From the NCBI GenBank assembly GCA_021157845.1, contig JAGGVU010000002.1, positions 31,376 through 95,375 of the forward strand: 64,000 nucleotides of DNA. Direction: 5' to 3'. Under the pieces are notes generated by a model. It ran no database searches. It worked only from the letters and a program-made list of their open reading frames with translations, and was not told where the DNA came from. Below, one piece after another: positions 37,483-47,032 of this stretch; positions within the stretch are counted from its first letter, which is position 1; each line of letters begins with the position of its first letter. The DNA comes from Candidatus Aenigmatarchaeota archaeon (GTDB lineage Archaea > Aenigmatarchaeota > Aenigmatarchaeia > GW2011-AR5 > JAGGXF01). A program made the position numbers and the translations under genes.

Positions 37483-38601
37483 GTGAAAAATATGGCTAGT
37501 GTAACACCTTGGGAAATCAAAGGAAAAATAGATTATAACAAGCTAATAAAAGAGTTTGGGCTGAAACCACTTCATAATCTTCCAAAGCAATTCTACAGAC
37601 ATTTTTTGTTCAGACGAAACATAATTTTTGCTCACAGGGATTTTAAAAGGATAGTGGATGCCGTTGAGCAAAAGAAGCCGTTTGCCATGATGACCGGTCT
37701 CATGCCTTCTGGTAAATTTCATTTCGGTCACAAAGTAGTTGCTGACCAGATTATTTTTTATCAGTCAATTGGGGCAAGGGTTTACATAGCTGTTGCAGAT
37801 ATCGAGGCATATAATACTAGAAACAAGGATATTAGCGAACTGCATAAGACAGCAATTAACGAATATCTCACAAACTATATTGCTCTTGGCCTAAATATCA
37901 AAAAATGCGACTTCTATTTCCAATCAAGTCGCTCTAAAGATGCAGATAAGGCAAACGCATATTATAGATTAGCTACTATGCTGGCAAGACACGCAACTTT
38001 TAACGAGTTTAGGGCTGTTTACGGTGAAATAACTATTGGAAAGATTATGTCTTCATTGCTACAGGCAGCAGACATGCTGCATCCACAACTTCCAGAATTC
38101 GAGGGAGGGCCCCTGCCAGTAGTTATTCCTGTCGGTTGCGACCAAGACCCGCACATCAGGCTAGCAAGAGATATTTCTCAGCGTGCCAGATTCTTTAATT
38201 TTATGCAGATAAGCTCTACATACCACAAATTTTTGCCCGGGCTAAAAGGAGGAAAAATGTCTTCAAGCGACCCCAATTCATACATAGCGCTGACAGACTC
38301 ACCAGAGCAAGTAGCCATAAAAATTAAAAAACATGCTTTCAGTGGAGGTCGCGGATCATTGGAAGAACATAGAAAAAAAGGCGGAAATCCGGATATAGAT
38401 GTATCTTTTCAGCTATTGAATTACGGGCTTGAGCCTAATGATAAAAATTTACAAAAGATTAGTGACGATTATAAATCCGGAAAACTGCTTTCCGGCGAGC
38501 TGAAGCAGATAGTAATAGAAAAAATAACCAAATTTCTTAAAGAGCACCAAAAGAAAAGAAAGAAGGCAAAGGCCAAACTGGAAAAGCTTGATTTATTCTA
38601 A
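37483..38601 (+). CDS. trpS: tryptophan--tRNA ligase (archaeal/eukaryotic type)
   Basis: N-terminal VTPWEIKG..IDYNKLIKEFG, HIGH motif FHFGH and KMSKS motif KMSSS. 372 aa. Confidence 0.8.
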   Translation: MKNMASVTPWEIKGKIDYNKLIKEFGLKPLHNLPKQFYRHFLFRRNIIFAHRDFKRIVDAVEQKKPFAMMTGLMPSGKFHFGHKVVADQIIFYQSIGARVYIAVADIEAYNTRNKDISELHKTAINEYLTNYIALGLNIKKCDFYFQSSRSKDADKANAYYRLATMLARHATFNEFRAVYGEITIGKIMSSLLQAADMLHPQLPEFEGGPLPVVIPVGCDQDPHIRLARDISQRARFFNFMQISSTYHKFLPGLKGGKMSSSDPNSYIALTDSPEQVAIKIKKHAFSGGRGSLEEHRKKGGNPDIDVSFQLLNYGLEPNDKNLQKISDDYKSGKLLSGELKQIVIEKITKFLKEHQKKRKKAKAKLEKLDLF

Positions 38602-39576
38602 TTTTTTCAAAACAAAAAAATATCTTGATAAAGATTTATGTACCCGTTGATATATCATGTATTTTATCTCCAGCCCAATCTTTTTCACTTTTTTTATGAA
38701 TGTTTTTGTAATCTTGTCAGGAACAACAATAACTATTTTTCCATCAGGCTTGGTGACTTCATATATAGATTCTATGGATTTACTATAAAGATGCACAACA
38801 TTTTTTTTGAATAGTGATGTCGATATGCCATAGGGCGGGTCTGTGACAACGGCATCAAATGTTCTTTTCCACACACGCTTTAAATCAGTTGCATCACCCT
38901 GCTTGAATATGCCCCTTAGTTTGAAATAGCTAAAATTTTTCTTGGCACCTTCTATCATTTCCTTTGACATGTCAGAGCCATAGCATCTTAGTCCTACTAT
39001 GCCTGCCTCCTTAAGAAGCAGACCAGTGCCACAGAACGGGTCTAGCACACAGCCATGTCTAAGACCTGTCAGATTAGCCATAGCTCTGGCTATCCTTGGA
39101 TCTAGTGTTATCGGTTTTCTATATGGGGCGGATGGTTTTAAAAAACCTTTATCAATATCAAACATTTTTTCTGTTATAATTATGTCTTTTGTCAGGATAA
39201 AAATTGTTATAATCTTTTCTGGATTTTCTAAGTCAACTCTTTTAGTGCTGTTATTCCACACAGCATCTGTAATCTTTTTTTTGTCCTTTTCTGAAATTTT
39301 CTGGTTTATTGTTTTTATCCTGACAGCGAATTTTTTTCTTATTTTTGGCATAGATGCTATTTTTTCATAGATGCGGCTTTTTTTTGTTTTGGTAAGAATC
39401 TTATGAACAGAATGTGCCATCCCGAGTTTATCTAGATTTGCAATCTTGTTTTTATTAGTGTCAAAAAATATGAACGGCCACTTCTTTTCATAAGAGCATG
39501 ACAATAATTTTAGTTTTGTCTCTGCCTCTGCTTCGGCCAACTTCGGAAAAAGCCCTGATAAATATATTAAATACAT
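38593..39576 (-). CDS. THUMP-domain tRNA (guanine-N2)-methyltransferase (Trm11/Trm14 family)
   Basis: N-terminal THUMP-like region, SAM-binding motif VLDPFCGTG and catalytic motif DPPYG. Confidence 0.7.
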   Translation of the reverse strand: MYLIYLSGLFPKLAEAEAETKLKLLSCSYEKKWPFIFFDTNKNKIANLDKLGMAHSVHKILTKTKKSRIYEKIASMPKIRKKFAVRIKTINQKISEKDKKKITDAVWNNSTKRVDLENPEKIITIFILTKDIIITEKMFDIDKGFLKPSAPYRKPITLDPRIARAMANLTGLRHGCVLDPFCGTGLLLKEAGIVGLRCYGSDMSKEMIEGAKKNFSYFKLRGIFKQGDATDLKRVWKRTFDAVVTDPPYGISTSLFKKNVVHLYSKSIESIYEVTKPDGKIVIVVPDKITKTFIKKVKKIGLEIKYMIYQRVHKSLSRYFFVLKKLE

Positions 39577-39680
39577 TTAAAATACCTCGCAATATTTGAT
39601 ATGTCACTATTTAACCAGCTTATAAAAGCACGTGCAAGATTGAATAATAAATATTTATATAGCCCGTATAAAATAAATTT

Positions 39681-41048
39681 ATGAACCTTAATAAGATAAA
39701 GCAAAATGTTCTGAGGGTTATAAAGCCTACAAAAAAGGAAAGAGAATTTCTAGACTCGTTTATAAAAGAGCTTCTGTCCATGGCAAAACTAAAATGTGAA
39801 AAATATCGTGCAGATGCTATTATAGTCGGGTCAACCGGAAAGCAGACATGGTTGAGAGGAGACTATGATATAGATATGTTCTTAATGTTTCCATATTCCC
39901 TGTCAAGAGAAGCGCTGGAAGAGAAGGGAATGAAATTGGCGAAGCTGATAGCAAAAAGGTTCACAAATGAGATAAAAATAAGTTACGCTGAGCATCCATA
40001 CGTTCAGGCCTATATAAATAGAAATGGCTACAAATTCAAGGTAGATATAGTTCCGTGCTATATGATAAGGAAGGGTCAAAAAATAAAATCCGCAGTTGAT
40101 CGTTCACCCCTTCATTTATCGTACATACTCCAAAATATGAATCCAACGCTTCGGGATGAAGCACGATTACTAAAGCAGTTTTGCAAAGGAATTGGTGTTT
40201 ATGGGAGTGATACGAAAAATTGTGGAGTTTCTGGATATGTTTTAGAGATATTGACTATGTTCTACGGAAGATTTGAAGATACACTTCAAAATATATCAAA
40301 ATGGTCATATGGAACTAGAATAGATTTAGAGGGAAAAAGCAAGAAGCGCTTTAAAGACCCGTTAATCGTTATTGATCCAACAGATAAAAACAGAAATGCG
40401 GCCGCAGCTTTAAGTGCAGAAAATTTTATGAAATTAATCAAAAAAAGCAAAGATTTCCTTTCTAACCCAAGTGAAAAATTTTTCTTTCCCACAAAAAACA
40501 AACTAACAAAATATCAGTTACAGTTGCTCAAAAAAAGAGGAACAAAATTCTTGGCAATAATTTTTGACAAACCGAAAGTAGTGGACGATATAGTTTATCC
40601 ACAACTCAGAAAAACAAGAAAACGAATAAAAAAACTTTTAGAGCAACAGGAATTTAGGGTTATTCGCGATACGGTGTGGTGCTCAGAATCAAAGTGCCTA
40701 ATTGTGATCGAATTAGAAGTTTGGTCGCTTCCAAAAATAAAAAAAATTATAGGCCCAGAAGTTTGGTATAAAAAAAGGAGTGAGGAGTTCTTATCTAAGT
40801 ATAAAAATTATGCCTCATTTGTAGAAAACAACAGATGGGTTGCGGAAAAAGAAAGAGAATTTTTAACAGCATCGAAATTTTTAGGCTATATAATAAAATC
40901 AGAAAAAATAGAAAATCTTGGATTTGGAAGTTATGTAGCACAGAAACTAAAAAAAGGAAAAATAGTCGAACACGAAGATTTCTGGACATTTGTTGAGCAC
41001 AATAAAATGTTTTCAAATTTTCTAAGAGAAAAATATTTCGAGAGCTGA
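39681..41048 (+). CDS. cca: CCA-adding tRNA nucleotidyltransferase, archaeal class I
   Basis: GSTGKQTWLRGDYDIDMFLMF class-I NTase motif. 455 aa. Confidence 0.85.
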   Translation: MNLNKIKQNVLRVIKPTKKEREFLDSFIKELLSMAKLKCEKYRADAIIVGSTGKQTWLRGDYDIDMFLMFPYSLSREALEEKGMKLAKLIAKRFTNEIKISYAEHPYVQAYINRNGYKFKVDIVPCYMIRKGQKIKSAVDRSPLHLSYILQNMNPTLRDEARLLKQFCKGIGVYGSDTKNCGVSGYVLEILTMFYGRFEDTLQNISKWSYGTRIDLEGKSKKRFKDPLIVIDPTDKNRNAAAALSAENFMKLIKKSKDFLSNPSEKFFFPTKNKLTKYQLQLLKKRGTKFLAIIFDKPKVVDDIVYPQLRKTRKRIKKLLEQQEFRVIRDTVWCSESKCLIVIELEVWSLPKIKKIIGPEVWYKKRSEEFLSKYKNYASFVENNRWVAEKEREFLTASKFLGYIIKSEKIENLGFGSYVAQKLKKGKIVEHEDFWTFVEHNKMFSNFLREKYFES

Positions 41049-41184
41049 TTCGTAAATAAGTTTCAGTTTACTCTCCATTTTATATATCAAATTAACTTGG
41101 CCTAAACCAGTTGCTTTAGGTGGTAATTGGTAGAATCATTTTTGCGCATCAAATTAACTTTGTGACCTCACGGCCCGTTTTAGT

Positions 41185-41577
41185 TTACTCTTCTTTCTTT
41201 TCTGCGGGAGTTTGCTCTCTATGTATTTTCGCGTATTCGGGTGTTATAATAACCCAGTCATCGCTTACCCCAGCTATATCTCCATTAAGGGCAAGACATG
41301 TTTTTCTTATTCTTGCAATAGCTCTTTTTAATTCTCCCATGTCTTTTTCTTTTAGCTCTTTTATTCGTACAAGAACGACATACCCTTCTCTAACTTTTCT
41401 TTGAATTCTATCAGAATCAGCATAATCTTCTAGTTTGTCAACAGCTATCATCATCTTTCCAGATTCACCAGATTTTTCTGCAAAATCTAATTCAATATAT
41501 TCATCTTCAACAGGTTCTTCGTCTCTTCTTAGTTTTCTAAAAATATTTTCTAATACCACAAAATCCACCTCTTTCAA
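41185..41577 (-). CDS. sepF: SepF-like cell division protein
   Basis: DUF552/SepF core pattern (MMIAVDKLEDYAD...VVLVRIKEL...IAGVSDDWVIITP). Confidence 0.55.
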   Translation of the reverse strand: MKEVDFVVLENIFRKLRRDEEPVEDEYIELDFAEKSGESGKMMIAVDKLEDYADSDRIQRKVREGYVVLVRIKELKEKDMGELKRAIARIRKTCLALNGDIAGVSDDWVIITPEYAKIHREQTPAEKKEE

Positions 41578-41652
41578 TTATTACGTCATAATTAATTAAC
41601 AATATTTATTCTTTGATATATAAATATTTAAGTTAATCTTTTTAAATATTAG

Positions 41653-41931
41653 CTAATTGCCTTTCTTTCTTTTCTGCTTTTCGTTCAAAACTTCGAGCAT
41701 AGAAATAATGTTCCAGATTTGCGTCCTTGTGTATGTAGGTATATTTGTATCGTTGGAGGCTTCTTCTAAAATAGAAATAGCAGAATTGATTTTTACTAGC
41801 GCATCCTTTGATTTATCAGTTAAATCATTTTGAGCGATTTCTATAGAATTTCTAACATTTTTCGGCACAGTTCTATCATTTTTTATCTGTTCGAGCAGTT
41901 CATTTATTTTTGCTATGCTCATGCCGATCAC
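41653..41931 (-). CDS. UPF0147-family archaeal protein
   Basis: ..SIEIAQNDL...AISILEEASNDTNIPTYTRTQIWNIISMLE matches the UPF0147 consensus. Confidence 0.6.
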   Translation of the reverse strand: MIGMSIAKINELLEQIKNDRTVPKNVRNSIEIAQNDLTDKSKDALVKINSAISILEEASNDTNIPTYTRTQIWNIISMLEVLNEKQKRKKGN

Positions 41932-41960
41932 CTTGCTACAGATATTTTTTTAAAAACAAA

Positions 41961-42275
41961 TCATTGCTGAAATTTTTTTTGCATTTCTTGTAATTTTGCT
42001 TTTACATTTTTCTCCTGCGCTTGAATAGTTTTTAACCTCAATGTTATTTCTTCTTTTTTATCTTCCAACTCTTCTTTAATATTCTTCTTACTGGTTTCAA
42101 CCATAATTGGACCAATTGCTTTATAGATTTTGCCAGTTGTGTTTTCAATCTCTTCTAACGCCCGCTGGATATCATTTTGCTCTATTAAAAGAGTTTGTTT
42201 TTGTAACATAATATTTTGCAATTGCTGGCTAAATATTTGAAATTGTAATGCTAATTCTTCTTGCTCCTTTTTCAT
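41961..42275 (-). CDS. pfdB: prefoldin beta subunit
   Basis: Two coiled-coil helices flanking a beta-hairpin (KIYKAIGPIMVE). Confidence 0.65.
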   Translation of the reverse strand: MKKEQEELALQFQIFSQQLQNIMLQKQTLLIEQNDIQRALEEIENTTGKIYKAIGPIMVETSKKNIKEELEDKKEEITLRLKTIQAQEKNVKAKLQEMQKKFQQ

Positions 42276-42289
42276 TTTATTTCCCTATC

Positions 42290-42520
42290 CTATAACTCTG
42301 TTTCCATTAATTTTTTAATTAATTTTATTTTTTCAATATACGAATTTAGGCAAGCCTGAAGACCTGCTAAATCCTTGGCTTCTATGTCCAAAACTAAATT
42401 TTTATTTTTTTTAAAAGCCTTTGCTGAAAATTTTGTTCCATCTTCATTTTCCAAAATCTTTAAAATATCATTAATTTTCTTCATTCTTATTTCAAGCTTG
42501 GCTTTTAACTTTTCACTCAT
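42290..42520 (-). CDS. pcc1: KEOPS subunit Pcc1
   Basis: AKLEIRM...DIEAKDLAGLQACLNSYIEKIK matches the Pcc1 consensus. Confidence 0.6.
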   Translation of the reverse strand: MSEKLKAKLEIRMKKINDILKILENEDGTKFSAKAFKKNKNLVLDIEAKDLAGLQACLNSYIEKIKLIKKLMETEL

Positions 42521-42607
42521 GCTATCAGGTTTTGGCTTTATTTATACCCAGAGTAACCAATTCTAATTTATTTGGATTAGTTCGGTGTCATTCATCAAGC
42601 CAGATAA

Positions 42608-42733
42608 TTATACTGCTGGAACTCTTTTTTTAAATAAAGGTCTGGTCTTTATGATAATTTTGAATCCACAAAACGGGCAGGTTACCTTTCCCAGTTCGTC
42701 AAATTCTTTACCGCATTTAATACATTTATACAT
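42608..42733 (-). CDS. rpoP: DNA-directed RNA polymerase subunit P (Rpb12 homolog; 41 aa, not in ORF track)
   Basis: Manual translation MYKCIKCGKEFDELGKVTCPFCGFKIIIKTRPLFKKRVPAV shows the CxxC...CxxC zinc ribbon of RpoP. Sits in the conserved position between L37ae and Pcc1. Confidence 0.6.
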   Translation of the reverse strand: MYKCIKCGKEFDELGKVTCPFCGFKIIIKTRPLFKKRVPAV

Positions 42734-42859
42734 ACATGTCCCCTTAATTTTTATAATTTTAAGCCATTGGTACGCTAAATATTGTTAACAAATCTTTTAA
42801 AGTTGATCGTGATGTCAGCCATCTGTATGCCATGATTCAGCTGTTTTCTTTTTTATATA

Positions 42860-43075
42860 TCACTCTCGAAATTCAAAAGCACCTGAGGCGAACTTTTTCC
42901 CGCATTTTTTACAGATCCATACACCTGCTGCTACCCTTCTAACAGCTCTTCTTGAGCATGCTGGGCACATATATTTCTTTTTTGACTTTCTTTTAACTTC
43001 TATAATTTTGTCTCTTATTTTCTTACCATACTTGGATCCAAATTGTCCTGCGCTTTTTGATTTCATAATATTCAA
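42860..43075 (-). CDS. rpl37ae: ribosomal protein L37Ae (eL43)
   Basis: CPACS...C..CGKKFASGAFE zinc ribbon. 71 aa. Confidence 0.85.
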   Translation of the reverse strand: MNIMKSKSAGQFGSKYGKKIRDKIIEVKRKSKKKYMCPACSRRAVRRVAAGVWICKKCGKKFASGAFEFRE

Positions 43076-43165
43076 CCTTGGGTATAATTTAACTTTCTAA
43101 ATTAAATAAATAAAAATGCTTTTAAAGTTTTATAATTGCTTTATTTTAGGCATAGCCTAAAAACA

Positions 43166-45034
43166 TCATTTAAACCTTATGGTTTCTAAATTTCTCGGCA
43201 CTAAAGTTTCTACTTTTAGCGTATTATATAACGTCTTTGCAAGTTCTATGGCCCTCGTCTTTTCACCATGGTCTATCAATATTCTTTTTGGTTTGGGAAT
43301 ATTTTTAGCGAAGTTTACTAACTGATTGTGATCACTGTGGCCGCTCAAGCCGTTTACAGTTTCTATCTGACACTTGAGTTCAAGCATTTCAGTCGTTCCA
43401 TCATTTTTTTCCATTTGAACAGTTTTCCACCCCTTTTGTATTCTTCTGCCCATCGTGCCTTCTGCTTGGTATCCTACAAATATCAATACATTCTTCTCAT
43501 CTGATGCAAATCTTTTTAAATAACTTATAACAGGCCCACCATTAAGCATACCAGAGGACGATATGACGACACATGGCGTTTTTTGATTTAGTACAACATC
43601 TCTTTCTTTTTGGGAACCAATTGCTTTAAGTCGCTTATCTGTAAACGGGTTTTCACCCCTGTGAAGTATTTTTGTCTGAACGCTACGTGATAAAAATTCT
43701 GGATATGCCGTATGTATGGCAGTTGCGTCCCATAACATTCCGTCAAGATAAATCGGAACATCTATATCGCTTTCAGTAACTATTTTTATAACTTCCTGCC
43801 CCCGGCCAACTGCAAACGATGGTATCAGAACTTTACCATTGTTTTTTATTGTCTTTTTTATGATGTCAATTAATAATTTTTCAGCGTCCTCTCTTTTTGG
43901 CTGGATGCAGTCATAACCGCCGTATGTAGATTCAATTATCATACCTTCTACTCTAGCAAAGTTAGTCGATGCTCGTTTAAGCAGCGAATTTGTCCCATAT
44001 TTAAAATCACCTGTGTAGAGTATATTATATAACCCGTTTCCTATATGAACATGAACTAAAGAAGATCCAAGTATGTGCCCGGCATTCTCCAGCGTTAATC
44101 TCATATCAGGCGTTATATCTGAGACTTCTCCGTATCCGAGAGGTATTGAATGTTTTATCATTTCCTCTATACCCTTTGATGTAAACGGTTCTTTCTTATT
44201 TTCACGCTGACATATCTGTATATAATCCAATAAAAGCATAGTTGTTAAATCTCTTGTAGGAGCTGTAGAATATAATGGGCCTCTATAGCCGTACTCGTAT
44301 AAATATGGTATTAAGCCAGAATGGTCCATATGTGCGTGTGATAATATAATAGCATCTAAGTCCTGAATATGAAACTCAGGTGCTTCGAGGTATGGAAATG
44401 GCTTTTTTGACGATCCAAGAGATATCCCACAATCTAGCAAAACCTTACTGTTATTTGTCTGGAGAAATATACAAGACCTGCCAACTTCTCTAAAGCCTCC
44501 AAGTGCAGTTGCTCGTATCCATTCAACATCTTTTGTTTCTGAATATATTTTCACGCCAAGTTCATGGAGAAATTTTTTTCTATATGCAGCCTCATTATGA
44601 AGCATTTTTCTTATTCCCCGTATTAATTCTGATTCAATTATTCCAGCTCTTTTTACAACAGGAGTCCAGTAAGTTTTATTTTTTATTTCGCGTAGTGTTG
44701 AGCCGGCCTTTCCTATTACTAAGCCGGGTTTCTGTGCGTGTATTATTATTTTATTGAATTCTGGCTCAAAATAGATATCTTTTATTTCCGCCTCTTTCGT
44801 TACAAAGTTTTTTACAAATTCTTTGGTTTTTTCTTCATCTTTTATTAAGCTCGGGTCTGCTCTAACCTCTATTCTTTTCTTTACTTTTTCAACAATCTTT
44901 TTGATTGCCTTTGTTGAATTTTTAAAGAACTCTCTATTTTTTGTGTATAAGATTATCTCGCTCCCTTCAAAGCAAACTTCAGATATCATTGCATCTTTTG
45001 GCAGCAGTTCTTTTATTTCATCTAGAATTTTCAT
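43166..45034 (-). CDS. aCPSF1/FttA beta-CASP ribonuclease with N-terminal KH domains
   Basis: Two KH domains, metallo-beta-lactamase HAHMDHSG, then beta-CASP and RMMBL. 622 aa. Confidence 0.85.
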   Translation of the reverse strand: MKILDEIKELLPKDAMISEVCFEGSEIILYTKNREFFKNSTKAIKKIVEKVKKRIEVRADPSLIKDEEKTKEFVKNFVTKEAEIKDIYFEPEFNKIIIHAQKPGLVIGKAGSTLREIKNKTYWTPVVKRAGIIESELIRGIRKMLHNEAAYRKKFLHELGVKIYSETKDVEWIRATALGGFREVGRSCIFLQTNNSKVLLDCGISLGSSKKPFPYLEAPEFHIQDLDAIILSHAHMDHSGLIPYLYEYGYRGPLYSTAPTRDLTTMLLLDYIQICQRENKKEPFTSKGIEEMIKHSIPLGYGEVSDITPDMRLTLENAGHILGSSLVHVHIGNGLYNILYTGDFKYGTNSLLKRASTNFARVEGMIIESTYGGYDCIQPKREDAEKLLIDIIKKTIKNNGKVLIPSFAVGRGQEVIKIVTESDIDVPIYLDGMLWDATAIHTAYPEFLSRSVQTKILHRGENPFTDKRLKAIGSQKERDVVLNQKTPCVVISSSGMLNGGPVISYLKRFASDEKNVLIFVGYQAEGTMGRRIQKGWKTVQMEKNDGTTEMLELKCQIETVNGLSGHSDHNQLVNFAKNIPKPKRILIDHGEKTRAIELAKTLYNTLKVETLVPRNLETIRFK

Positions 45035-45195
45035 TTTAACAACCTTTATTATATTTTATTATTATTTGACAGGTAGCTGTTCTCATATAGCTTTGATATT
45101 TTTGATATTATTATGGGTCTTCTTTTTCTTCACATTTTCGTTTGTGTTAATTTTTTTAGTCTACAACTATTTTCTTTAAACAGAAAAAAATCAGA

Positions 45196-45822
45196 TCATT
45201 TAATCAGCTGATTTATCTTTTTTTCATCAACAAACTCAAATCCTTTGTCAGTTATTGTTGCAATACGTATTTTCTTTCCACCTGAGGCAGTGTCACGCTC
45301 TCTTGCAACCTTTACAGAGTTTGCAGCCAGTTTAATGCCCTCTTCTACATTCATGGTTTCTTTATACTCGTTCTCTAGCAGCCCATATGCAAATGGGGAG
45401 CCAGACCCAGTTGATATGAACTTGTCTTCTATACTAGAGCCATCAGGAAAAAGGCTATATAGGTGAAATCCTGTGTTGTCCTTTCCGCCAACAAGCATGA
45501 CAGCCATTATTGGAAAATACCGGTTTTGGTGTAGAATGTTTGACAAAAGCGTTGAAACAGCATTTACTGTTATTTCTCCACGCTCCATCTTATATAAATT
45601 TATTTGTGCTTTGATAATTCTCAGAAGGTTTTGTATGTCTCCAACACCACCTGCAGTTGTTATTCCGATGAAGTCATCGATTTTAAAAACTTTGTGTACC
45701 TCTTTATGAGCTATCATGTATCCCATTGTTGCTTTTGATTCGCTGGCAAGCACTACACCATCTTTACATACCAGACCAACGGTTGTTGTCCCGGTTTTTA
45801 AGATTTGTTTTTTATCTTCCAT
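45196..45822 (-). CDS. psmB: proteasome subunit beta
   Basis: Propeptide followed by TTTVGLVCKDGVVLASE. Confidence 0.9.
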   Translation of the reverse strand: MEDKKQILKTGTTTVGLVCKDGVVLASESKATMGYMIAHKEVHKVFKIDDFIGITTAGGVGDIQNLLRIIKAQINLYKMERGEITVNAVSTLLSNILHQNRYFPIMAVMLVGGKDNTGFHLYSLFPDGSSIEDKFISTGSGSPFAYGLLENEYKETMNVEEGIKLAANSVKVARERDTASGGKKIRIATITDKGFEFVDEKKINQLIK

Positions 45823-45909
45823 AATTAACCACTGTTCTAATAAACCAATTCTAGAATTTGTATTGTTAATACTTAAAATAGTAAACTATTTAAATGTTCG
45901 CAATTCTGT

Positions 45910-46101
45910 CTATTTTTTTATAAGTTTTCTTCCCCTATCTGTTATGACTAAAAAATCCTTTTCCCTATAGATGAGTTGCATAATTTCCATGGATTTTATA
46001 AATTCAACAACATCCCCCGTCTTCATTTTCAGTTCTTTTGCTACTTTTTCAACAGTTTTTGGCTCTTTCTTTAGCGACTTCAATATTTCCTGAATGGTCA
46101 T
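45910..46101 (-). CDS. small winged-helix protein, hypothetical
   Basis: 63-aa ORF with an HTH-like central helix. Confidence 0.35.
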   Translation of the reverse strand: MTIQEILKSLKKEPKTVEKVAKELKMKTGDVVEFIKSMEIMQLIYREKDFLVITDRGRKLIKK

Positions 46102-46133
46102 AGTTATCTATTGGTGAAAAAGTTTTTATTAGT

Positions 46134-46547
46134 TTATTCTACGGATTTGCTTTTGATTTCCCTTAATATTTTTTCAAATTCTGACTGAAGCCCTTTATTA
46201 AAACATTTTATAGGTATTTTGTTTTTTAGGCAAAGCTTAATTTCTTCTCTCATTCCAGCAGAAATTTTTGGGCCACACAGCCATAATTCATCTATGAACC
46301 CTCTTTTCAGAAATTCGTTTCCTGCAGAGATCCCCAGCATCCTTTCCTCTTTTATATTATCATCCAGATACTGGTTTGCAACAACATAATGTGCAAATGG
46401 AATTATTTTTTGGCTATGCACTTTTTTACAAATAGTAAGTATTTTTTTGATATTCCCCTCAACATCCCCGTTTATCGGGTGCGCTATATAAACAATTTTT
46501 TTATTCACTGCCTTATCTTGTTTTGGTTGCATGCTAAGGATATGCAT
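46134..46547 (-). CDS. nucleoside 2-deoxyribosyltransferase-like (DUF4406-like) protein
   Basis: KIVYIAHPI..GD.. followed by IDELWLCGPKISAGMREEIKLCLKNKIPIK, resembling the DUF4406 pattern. Confidence 0.35.
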   Translation of the reverse strand: MHILSMQPKQDKAVNKKIVYIAHPINGDVEGNIKKILTICKKVHSQKIIPFAHYVVANQYLDDNIKEERMLGISAGNEFLKRGFIDELWLCGPKISAGMREEIKLCLKNKIPIKCFNKGLQSEFEKILREIKSKSVE

Positions 46548-46798
46548 ATAAAATATTAAAATATGATGCTAAAGCCCGTTTAATGTTATACAATAATGAA
46601 AAAGGAATAAAACAAAAAGCAGCCGCAAAAATATTATCTTTTTTTAAGAATGAATGAAGAAAAATCAACCAGACCAATGATATTTTTGCTGTGAGCTAAC
46701 ATTTGGCAGTTTCATCAGATAGAGGCCTGAATACAGCATTATTGTCTAATGAGTAAATTAGAATAAGGATTATTTTCAGCTGCTTTTATAAGGATAGA

Positions 46799-46978
46799 TG
46801 GGTCCAGGGAGATTTGAACTCCCGTCTGAAGCTGTTTTTAATCCTTTACATTAACCCGAAGCTGTAAAGGACTGCCCAAAGCTCCGATCCTAGACCAAAT
46901 TGCCCAAGCCAAAGATTTCTCTTTTCCCTTGAGGATTTTCTCTTTTTAAAGAGAAAAGGCTCACTAGACTATGGACCC
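46799..46978 (-). tRNA. tRNA-Pro(UGG)-like gene with two putative introns (~67 nt in D-loop, 41 nt at 37/38)
   Basis: 5' acceptor GGGTCCA pairs with 3' TGGACCC, discriminator A. T-arm GGGAG-TTCAAAT-CTCCC. Inferred mature sequence GGGTCCA TA GTCT AGTTGGTCTA GGAT C GGAGC TTTGGGA GCTTC AGAC GGGAG TTCAAAT CTCCC TGGACCC A. Intron 2 carries an 8-bp hairpin CCTTTACA/TGTAAAGG. Confidence 0.5.
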
Positions 46979-47032
46979 ATGTATCAATAAAATAGCAAGA
47001 AGACATTTAAAACTTTTTCGTCAAGGTTAATT

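Noticed and set aside
46548-46798. Possible C/D-box sRNA in the intergenic region upstream of the tRNA (AATGATAT...CTGA).
   Set aside because: Its box C deviates (TGATAT, not TGATGA). No convincing C'/D' boxes or terminal stem could be found by eye.
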